Below are positions 57,623-64,000 of a stretch of DNA of 64,000 nt, in pieces. The notes under the pieces were generated by a model. That model saw only the letters and a list, made by a program, of their open reading frames with translations. It was not told the origin of the DNA and did not search any database. The stretch covers positions 27,792-91,791 of the forward strand of contig JAJEGI010000031.1 in NCBI GenBank assembly GCA_022819945.1, in the 5' to 3' direction. This stretch comes from Candidatus Poribacteria bacterium. GTDB lineage: Bacteria; Poribacteria; WGA-4E; WGA-3G. Position 1 is the first letter of the stretch. Each line of letters opens with the position of its first letter. A program made the position numbers and the translations under genes.

Positions 57623-58282
57623 ATGCAATACGACAAAAACAGATTTGAAATATGGGCACTACCTCACCCCCTTGTCTCATTCTGTGTACTGAATCCAGCA
57701 ATAATGTTCAACGAACTGATTCTCGGACAACGACTTCCCAAAGTCACATTGATTGATGAAAAGAGTGATAGACCCTTTTTTGAACGTTGTTACATCCCCT
57801 GTCCACACTGCAAGACGCTGAATGATAACCGTTTGTGGGGAAAACGAAATACCTTTGGACATTGGTTCGGCCTTGTTTGTCCAAGTTGCCATCAAATCAT
57901 TCCGTGTCTATGGAACATTTTTAGTCTCGCCGTATTGGCGATTACTTTCCCGTTGTGGTATTTTCCCGCACGGTTCTTCCGCCGAAGATGGCTTGAGATA
58001 GAAAAAAAGAGATTGGCGAGTGTTCTTGAAGGCCCCTTGACGCAAGCAGGAGACATAAATTGGTTTTTAAGAGGCATCTTCTTTTTCGGTGGACTTATAT
58101 GGGTGATCCTCGATATTATTCCACAGGTATGGGAGGTTTTGAATGGCGGAAAATGGAATTTGATAATGATGTTTATTGCGTTCCCAATTTGGTTGTTCCC
58201 GGGCTTTGTGTGTGGCTTATTATGGATGAATCGTTGGATGAATCGAAAAGGGAAAAAGGCGGACAGACATGAATCTGATTAA
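57623..58282 (+). CDS. Zinc-ribbon membrane protein, paralog B
   Basis: MQYDKNRFEIWALPHPLV...CPHCKTLND...CPSCHQIIPCLWNIFSLAVLAITFPLWYFP parallels paralog A. Confidence 0.55.
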   Translation: MQYDKNRFEIWALPHPLVSFCVLNPAIMFNELILGQRLPKVTLIDEKSDRPFFERCYIPCPHCKTLNDNRLWGKRNTFGHWFGLVCPSCHQIIPCLWNIFSLAVLAITFPLWYFPARFFRRRWLEIEKKRLASVLEGPLTQAGDINWFLRGIFFFGGLIWVILDIIPQVWEVLNGGKWNLIMMFIAFPIWLFPGFVCGLLWMNRWMNRKGKKADRHESD

Positions 58283-58306
58283 AAATCTACTATAAGGAGC
58301 AGTGTT

Positions 58307-59074
58307 ATGAAACTTATGCCTCAAGAGGTCGAGCAATTCAAGCGCGTAGGCTATCTCAAAATCGATGGACGCGTCATTGATGACGAACACCTCACCGTGC
58401 TACGTGAACATTACGATGCCCAATTTTCACAGAGACGTGGCACAATCGGTGAAGGGTTGCGTAATCTTGCAGTCGTCGGAGAATCCGAAAGCGATGAAGA
58501 CGCTGATCGTGAAGAAGAAATGTTACAGATTATGGAGATGTGGCGTTTGGATGAGGAATATCGGAAGTTACTCTACCACGAACCGCTGTTAGATATTGTC
58601 GAGAGTTTAATCGGATCCGATATCCAGCTGTTTCACGATCAGGCACTCTACAAACCCGCCTATCACGGCGGTGAAGTGTATTGGCATCAGGACAATGCGT
58701 ACTGGCAGTGTGTCCCGCCCAATCTTGTGAGTATCTGGTTAGCACTCGATGATGCCGACGAAGAGAACGGGTGTATGAACGTTATCCCCGGCAGTTATCT
58801 GGAAGGATTGGCGGCGCACGGACGTGCCGAGTCAGAGAAAGGTAAATTGCCAGCGTTGTTAGAGGTGGATGCTGATGTGGATCGTGCTGTACCCGTGCCA
58901 GTTAAAGCCGGATGCGTAATGGTGCATCACTGTATGACCCTCCACCAAACGAATCCGAACCGCTCACCCCGAGACCGTCGGGCGATGGCAATCCATTACA
59001 TGCCATCCGGTACACGGAATCGCGATGGCGAGGTGATGAAAGACAACCCGTTGCTACGTGGCAAGTTGGCGTAG
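58307..59074 (+). CDS. Phytanoyl-CoA dioxygenase (PhyH) family protein
   Basis: FKRVGYLKIDG, WHQDNAYW (HxD) and HHCMTLHQTNPN. AAGGAG RBS. Confidence 0.85.
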   Translation: MKLMPQEVEQFKRVGYLKIDGRVIDDEHLTVLREHYDAQFSQRRGTIGEGLRNLAVVGESESDEDADREEEMLQIMEMWRLDEEYRKLLYHEPLLDIVESLIGSDIQLFHDQALYKPAYHGGEVYWHQDNAYWQCVPPNLVSIWLALDDADEENGCMNVIPGSYLEGLAAHGRAESEKGKLPALLEVDADVDRAVPVPVKAGCVMVHHCMTLHQTNPNRSPRDRRAMAIHYMPSGTRNRDGEVMKDNPLLRGKLA

Positions 59075-59122
59075 AGATGGAGCAGCACCAATCGGGCGAA
59101 AGGTATGTAAACGAAATCTATT

Positions 59123-59881
59123 ATGCCAAACACCAAACTCAAGACCACCTTCAATACCGCTGCAGTGCTTTATGAGGATATACGACCCGGCTACCCTAAA
59201 GAACTGATACAGGATATCGTGGAACTCTCTGGGATTAACGATCGCAGTAGAATCCTTGAAGTCGGCTGTGGCACTGGAAAAGCAACCCGACCCTTTGCAG
59301 AACACGGATATGAAGTGCTCTGTCTGGACATCGGTGCCGACCTGATCGCCGTTGCGAAGGAGAAATTGAAGACGTTCCCAAATGTTTCTTTTGTAGCGCA
59401 AGGATTTGAGAAATGGGAATCAGACCGAGAGTTTGACCTGATTATTTCTGCCACTGCTTTTCATTGGGTAGATCCAAAAGTGAGGTATTTGAAGGCATCC
59501 AAGGTGCTTAAATCAAATGGTTTCCTTGCTATTTTCTCCAATCAACATGTCAGAAAGGACGAAGGATTCTTTGCGGAAAGCCAGAGTCTTTACGATAAAT
59601 ACTACCTTCCACTGACCGTTGATCGCCCTCCTACCCACGCCACAAACTTTCCGGGTGTAGAAGCCTTTGAAGAGCCAATTAAACGCGTCTATCCATGGAC
59701 ACAAACATATTCATCCGCGCAGTATATCAAACTCTTGGGTACTTATTCAGGACACATCGCGTTGTCGGACGAGAATAGAGATCGTCTGTTTGAAGGGATC
59801 GTCAATCTCATTGAGACAAAGTACGATGGTCAGGTAACCAAACACTACGAGGCCGTACTTGACCTTCGGAAAGTAAGATGA
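59123..59881 (+). CDS. Class I SAM-dependent methyltransferase
   Basis: Motif I ILEVGCGTGKATRPFAEHGYEVLCLD and FDLIISATAFHW. Confidence 0.8.
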   Translation: MPNTKLKTTFNTAAVLYEDIRPGYPKELIQDIVELSGINDRSRILEVGCGTGKATRPFAEHGYEVLCLDIGADLIAVAKEKLKTFPNVSFVAQGFEKWESDREFDLIISATAFHWVDPKVRYLKASKVLKSNGFLAIFSNQHVRKDEGFFAESQSLYDKYYLPLTVDRPPTHATNFPGVEAFEEPIKRVYPWTQTYSSAQYIKLLGTYSGHIALSDENRDRLFEGIVNLIETKYDGQVTKHYEAVLDLRKVR

Positions 59882-59893
59882 AAGGGGACAGCA

Positions 59894-60970
59894 ATGAAAA
59901 TCACGAGGGTTGAAACATTCCAGATTGAGACACCGCGCTATTACGGTCACATATCAGGGCATGTTATCGTCAAAGTCCATGTGGACGACGGTCCCGTCGG
60001 GTTAGGCGAAGCCTCGGACAGCAAGGCAGACGATTTAGGCGCAATAACTAAACGCTACAACGATTTGCTCATCGGACGTGATGCGACCCGTATCACAGAA
60101 ATTAACGAGTTCCTACGGACGCAGAATTTCGGTAGCACGGTTAGCAATGCACACCTCGCTTCCGCCATTGACCTCGCACTTTATGACCTGAACGGCAAGG
60201 TCCAAGGCGTACCGGCTTACCAAATGCTCGGCGGTAAGATGCGAGACAGCGTCTATTGCTGCTACCCAATCTTCGGATGGCAGGTACGGGAGGACTTTGA
60301 GAAAACCGCTGGTTATCTGCAACGGTTGATAGATCTCGGACACCATCTCTTCCGCTATTATATATCCGGCGACAGTGACTTGGATGATAAGTTTTTGACT
60401 GAGATGAAGTCCAGATTTGGCGAGCAAATTAAACTCAAACAACTCGACTGCTCCGGTCGCTTCAACGACTGGGAGACCGCGCTGCGTTATGCCGATGTCC
60501 TGCGCTATCACGCACCCTACCATTTTGAACAACCCTCACGAGACCTACAAGTGTGTGCGGAGTTCACCAAACGTATGGATTTGCCTGTGAGTCTGCACGT
60601 CGGTAATTTGGAGTACGGGTATGCGGCAGCCGAACGCGGTGCTTGTACTGTCTTCAATGTCGCGTGTGTTGCCGGAGGTCCGACCCATATCCGTCGTCTG
60701 TTTGCGTTGGCAGAAGCAGCAGGACTTGAATGCCTGATTGGCACGGATCAGGAATCGACGCTTGGGACAGCGGCACAAATCCACGTCGGCGTTTCAATGC
60801 CGAACCTTACCCTACCGTGTGATCCGATGGGCCCCGTCCTCTACACGGCATCTCCAGCAACGGCACGCATCCGAGCAGAAGCCAGCCACCTTTATCCACC
60901 TGAAGGCCCCGGACTCGGTGTCGAATTGGATGCAGATAAGTTGAAAGAATTAACGGTTGCATCTGCATAG
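59894..60970 (+). CDS. Enolase-superfamily enzyme (MR/MLE family)
   Basis: MKITRVETFQIETP, GLGEASD and AIDLALYDLNGK follow the MR/MLE N-terminal capping and barrel pattern. Confidence 0.8.
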   Translation: MKITRVETFQIETPRYYGHISGHVIVKVHVDDGPVGLGEASDSKADDLGAITKRYNDLLIGRDATRITEINEFLRTQNFGSTVSNAHLASAIDLALYDLNGKVQGVPAYQMLGGKMRDSVYCCYPIFGWQVREDFEKTAGYLQRLIDLGHHLFRYYISGDSDLDDKFLTEMKSRFGEQIKLKQLDCSGRFNDWETALRYADVLRYHAPYHFEQPSRDLQVCAEFTKRMDLPVSLHVGNLEYGYAAAERGACTVFNVACVAGGPTHIRRLFALAEAAGLECLIGTDQESTLGTAAQIHVGVSMPNLTLPCDPMGPVLYTASPATARIRAEASHLYPPEGPGLGVELDADKLKELTVASA

Positions 60971-61125
60971 AATTTCAACTTCAGGGCTATTTAGTTTTCC
61001 ATTTTTTTTAGCCGAATTTTTCAGCCCCAAACCCGGTAGGTTGGGTTTCCTAACCGAACCGGATTCGTAAAAGGGGCACGAAAAAATAAATGGACATATT
61101 GGTAGCATAAACTTTTAGTTTGTGC

Positions 61126-61162
61126 CAGTCTGAATGTCCTCAATGGGCATTCAGACTGTTTG
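61126..61162 (+). terminator. Terminator-like hairpin (11-bp perfect stem) followed by TTTG
   Basis: CAGTCTGAATG (61126-61136) pairs with CATTCAGACTG (61148-61158). Lies 155 nt downstream of the MR/MLE gene, within a repeat-rich spacer. Confidence 0.5.
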
Positions 61163-61182
61163 AGAGTACACAATTAATTATA

Positions 61183-61198
61183 GGATTTACTATAAATG
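61183..61198. repeat. Solo right-end TIR of the MITE-like family (GGATTTACTATAAATG)
   Basis: 15/16 identical to the right TIR of element A, and the preceding AATTA block is also shared. No matching left TIR was found in 60971..61180. Confidence 0.5.
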
Positions 61199-61312
61199 AC
61201 CCTGATTTCAACTTTGAACTTGATTGACATCTATCCTTAATTATGATAGGCTAATGTGAGTTCGGTACCAGGATGCCGTAATCGGAAAAAAATTATTAAT
61301 AGGAGGAAAAGT

Positions 61313-61633
61313 ATGTTTGTTATCATAGCCCCAATTCAGATTAAAGAAGGTCATAGGGAAGCATTCATCGAAGCCATGATAGACGACGCGAAAGGCTCTG
61401 TCGCGGATGAACCCGGCTGTCTAAGATTTGATATAATTCAGGACGGTGCCGATCCAAATCGTATCTGGCTTTATGAAGTTTATACAGACGAGGATGCATT
61501 CCAAGAGCATCTGAAAGCCCCTCACTTCATCAAGTGGCGAGATACCGTCAAAGACTGGTTCGCTGAGAGCGATTTTAAAGGCGCAGGCGGCGGAAGTTCC
61601 AACATCTACCCACCAGACGACGCGTGGGAGTAG
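61313..61633 (+). CDS. Antibiotic-biosynthesis-monooxygenase (ABM/DUF-Dabb) domain protein
   Basis: MFVIIAPIQIKEGHREAFIEAM...EPGCLRFDIIQD...IWLYEVYTDEDAFQEHLKAPHF is the classic ABM fold pattern. AGGAGG RBS before ATG 61313. Confidence 0.8.
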   Translation: MFVIIAPIQIKEGHREAFIEAMIDDAKGSVADEPGCLRFDIIQDGADPNRIWLYEVYTDEDAFQEHLKAPHFIKWRDTVKDWFAESDFKGAGGGSSNIYPPDDAWE

Positions 61634-61640
61634 CGCAATT

Positions 61641-62030
61641 TTGATAGTTGACGCATTGTCTATAGTATCACCGTCCGTACAGCGCATTGTTGCCGGAAAA
61701 AAGGTCGTTGAGATACGACGGTGGCTGCCGCCGGAGATTCCGTTTCTCAATCTCGTGCTTGTGGAGAATGAGATTTACCTGACCGAAGACGGACAAGAAG
61801 ACCCGAACGGATTGGCACGCGCAGTCGTGGACATTGTAGGTGTTCACGACTGGACACGCGAAGAGGCGGAATCGCAAGGTGTCGCCTGGATTTCTAACTA
61901 TATTTGTTGGGAACTCTCAAATGTGCGGCGCATAGAACCCCCTATCCCGTGTGTCGCACGACGGAAAATTTACAAAATTGACATTGACACGACTTCAACA
62001 TTTCTCAAGGCGTTTGAACCGACATTTTGA
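61641..62030 (+). CDS. ASCH-domain-like protein
   Basis: ALSIVSPSVQRIVAGKKVVEIRRW resembles the ASCH opening (ALSI.QPWA..I..G.K..E.R.W). Non-ATG start, so it is uncertain. Confidence 0.55.
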   Translation: MIVDALSIVSPSVQRIVAGKKVVEIRRWLPPEIPFLNLVLVENEIYLTEDGQEDPNGLARAVVDIVGVHDWTREEAESQGVAWISNYICWELSNVRRIEPPIPCVARRKIYKIDIDTTSTFLKAFEPTF

Positions 62031-62044
62031 TATGGAGGTACGAA

Positions 62045-62815
62045 ATGAGATGGATAGTTTCCTATATTCTAATTGCTACATTCATTTTCACGTTTTCCCT
62101 CGTGAGCGAAGCAATTCAGGACGACGCAATGGTCCTTTACTATTCGTTTGATGCAGGAAAGGGAAAGGAGGTCGAAGACCTGAGCGGCAAAGGGAATCAC
62201 GGCACGCTCGAAGCCAATGCCAAATGGGAGAAAGACGGGAAGATCAATTCAGGCGTGTTTTTTGATGAACAGATTCAGAAAGGTGTCGTCGCTGCTCCAG
62301 CGTCTGATAGTCTGGCGATTACCAAGAATTTGACGATGGAGGTATGGGTATACCCAGAAAGTGTCGGCGATTATCGCAATGTACGCGGACAAGCAGGCCC
62401 CCACACGTATTATCTGAGTATCCATCAAGGCAAGCCATCTGTGTGGATGGGATGTCCCGGTGCTGGTGGACGCACATGGAACAGCGCAAAAAACGAGATT
62501 CCGACCGATAAATGGTCGCACGTCGCTGCAGTCTACGAGTTTGATAAGGAACTCCGACTTTATATCAACGGCAAACTTGATAATACCTATAAAGTGCAAG
62601 GCGAAATTCCGACTTCTCCAGCGGATCACTGGTTCGGCAATCGCTTGGATGGTCCGTGGCCCTATGGCGGAAAACTTGATGAATTCGTCATCTATAACCG
62701 TGTGTTGACCGAAGATGAGATTCGGCAAGATATGGAGCAGGTCCTGAGTGTGTCGCCGTTAGATAAAGCCGCGACGACTTGGGGGCTACTCAAAAGAGAT
62801 AGAGATGTTGACTAA
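62045..62815 (+). CDS. Secreted LamG domain protein
   Basis: Signal peptide, MVLYYSFDAGKG..DLSGKGNHGTL...WSHVAAVYE...GKLDEFVIYNRVLTEDEI. GGAGG RBS before ATG 62045. Confidence 0.75.
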   Translation: MRWIVSYILIATFIFTFSLVSEAIQDDAMVLYYSFDAGKGKEVEDLSGKGNHGTLEANAKWEKDGKINSGVFFDEQIQKGVVAAPASDSLAITKNLTMEVWVYPESVGDYRNVRGQAGPHTYYLSIHQGKPSVWMGCPGAGGRTWNSAKNEIPTDKWSHVAAVYEFDKELRLYINGKLDNTYKVQGEIPTSPADHWFGNRLDGPWPYGGKLDEFVIYNRVLTEDEIRQDMEQVLSVSPLDKAATTWGLLKRDRDVD

Positions 62816-63044
62816 ACTGATGCCGCAGCTGTTCACTTGGGTGGAAGTTCACGGTGCGTCGCGGAATCAAGCATACAACTGGAATAGCTTTTTAGTGCAA
62901 GACGAGAGCGACAGTGTCCGAGCATTGATAGATCCGCTCCCACTCTCAGCGGATGAAATTCAGCAGATTGATAAACTTGGCGGTCCGACACATCTAATGC
63001 TAAGAGGCACTAAGACGATCAGCACCCTGAATGTTAGCAGATAG
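62805..63044 (+). pseudogene. Possible truncated remnant of an MBL-fold hydrolase-like gene (79 codons)
   Basis: VEVHGASRNQAYNWNSFLV...ALIDPLPLSADEIQQIDKLGGPTHLML looks like the N-terminal third of an MBL-fold protein and stops just before the expected His-rich motif. Recognition is from memory only. Confidence 0.3.
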
Positions 63045-63074
63045 CGCGCAATAACTAACACAAAAAGGATTGCT

Positions 63075-63767
63075 ATGACACAACCGTCACTTCCAGTTGG
63101 AAATATCGTCCAATCTACTGCTCCTGTTGGTTTACCTCAAAGGATAGATTACGAAGGTAAATTCATTAGGCTATCACCTGTCAACCCACAAGAAGATGTG
63201 ACGGATCTCTACGCGTGTTCTCATGGTTCGGATATCAAGGAGCAGATATGGACCTACATGAGTTACGGTCCCTTTGATGGCACAAACGGCATGCAGAAGT
63301 GGCTTGAGGAAAAAACGAAATCAGAGGATCCACGCTTCTTTACCGTCCATCATCTTGAATCAAAGCAACGCGTCGGGATGGTGAGTTTTCTCAACATAGT
63401 TTCGGATATGCGACGATTGGAACTCGGACATATCTGGTATTCGCCAAATTCTCAGAGATCCAACGTGAACACGGAAGCCATATACCTCATGCTCTGTGAG
63501 GCTTTTGATAGGTTAAAATACCGCCGTGTCGAATGGAAATGCGATTCTCTGAATGAACGTTCTCGGTCAGCGGCATTGCGACTCGGTTTTAAGTTTGAAG
63601 GTATCTTCAGACAACATATAATCGTAAAAGGTCGAAATAGGGATACAGCTTGGTATTCAATGTTGGACAGCGAGTGGGCTGCTATCAAGAAGAACATGGA
63701 GATATGGTTGTATCAGGCCCCTGACCGAAAGTTGTCCTTAACAGTGCTCAATAGTGGTAGGTTTTGA
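63075..63767 (+). CDS. GNAT family N-acetyltransferase (RimJ/RimL-like)
   Basis: RLELGHIWYSP...NTEAIYLMLCEAFDRLKYRRVEWKCDSLNERSRSAALRLGFKFEG is the Acetyltransf_3 pattern. Confidence 0.8.
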   Translation: MTQPSLPVGNIVQSTAPVGLPQRIDYEGKFIRLSPVNPQEDVTDLYACSHGSDIKEQIWTYMSYGPFDGTNGMQKWLEEKTKSEDPRFFTVHHLESKQRVGMVSFLNIVSDMRRLELGHIWYSPNSQRSNVNTEAIYLMLCEAFDRLKYRRVEWKCDSLNERSRSAALRLGFKFEGIFRQHIIVKGRNRDTAWYSMLDSEWAAIKKNMEIWLYQAPDRKLSLTVLNSGRF

Positions 63768-63910
63768 AATAATAAGGTTGATCCAATTTCAAGGTTTAGA
63801 GTCATTCAATCTGATATATCTCCTCTGGCACGAATTCAGGGCGTGATAAGTTTCCACACTCCAGCGGAGTGCTATGTATAGAAAGTCTAACTAACGGAAG
63901 AAAGAAAACG

Positions 63911-64000
63911 ATGAGTAACTTAAAACAGTACGTTGAAAAACGTAAAGCCAGAGACCCTGAATTTGCCGAGAATTACGAGACTGGTTATTTGGAATTCAAG
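63911..64000 (+). CDS. 5' end of a small HTH (XRE/HigA-like) protein; continues beyond the window
   Basis: MSNLKQYVEKRKARDPEFAENYETGYLEFK resembles the opening of antitoxin-type HTH proteins (..DPEF...YE....EF.). Only 30 codons are visible. Confidence 0.3.
   Translation, partial: MSNLKQYVEKRKARDPEFAENYETGYLEFK

Noticed and set aside
58287-58300. TCTACTATAAGG resembling the MITE TIR core TTTACTATAAA.
   Set aside because: The match is partial, overlaps the AAGGAG RBS of the PhyH gene and has no partner repeat. It is probably coincidence.
1-64000. Searched for prophage, integrative-element or genomic-island boundaries (integrase, transposase, tRNA attachment sites, long direct repeats).
   Set aside because: None were seen. 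The only mobile-type signals are the short non-autonomous repeats, and the TA and nuclease genes are scattered singly.

Overview
Gene-dense bacterial chromosomal segment with about 60 protein-coding genes on both strands. By eye I found no rRNA, tRNA, CRISPR array, integrase or transposase. All product calls come from motif recognition in the supplied translations; no database search was run.

Content:
- Housekeeping: tetrapyrrole genes (hemC 3' end, cobA/hemD fusion), comEA, 5-formyl-THF cyclo-ligase, a ThiO-like oxidase, an ECF sigma factor and a heterodimeric ABC exporter.
- A heavily paralogous accessory enzyme set: 4-5 phytanoyl-CoA-dioxygenase-like (PhyH) proteins, 5 class I SAM methyltransferases, 5 GNAT acetyltransferases, 2 enolase-superfamily (mandelate racemase/muconate lactonizing, MR/MLE) enzymes and 2 Gfo/Idh/MocA oxidoreductases.
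- Secreted or surface proteins: 3 LamG proteins, a WD40 protein, a Zn-metalloprotease, a DUF5916/CBM9-like protein, a lamin-tail-domain protein and three tandem trypsin-like-protease/TPR lipoproteins.
- Small conflict-type modules: HicB/HicA, a Uma2 nuclease, and a Phd/YefM-like gene translationally coupled to an HNH nuclease.

This repertoire resembles uncultivated marine or sponge-associated lineages. That is a low-confidence inference.

Most notable observations:
1. The protease-TPR trio is built by whole-module duplication, and its N-terminal protease modules have degenerate catalytic residues.
2. The Phd-like/HNH bicistron is a candidate unconventional toxin-antitoxin or defence pair.
3. 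A family of about 130-150 bp MITE-like elements has TTTATAGTAAA-core terminal inverted repeats, and there is a separate 25-nt hairpin repeat.
4. Two genes are disrupted by single-nucleotide lesions: a G-run frameshift in a LamG gene and an in-frame TAA in the WD40 gene.
5. An ABC exporter carries an 81-nt in-frame tandem duplication.
6. A structured leader with an anti-SD hairpin lies upstream of the ECF sigma gene.
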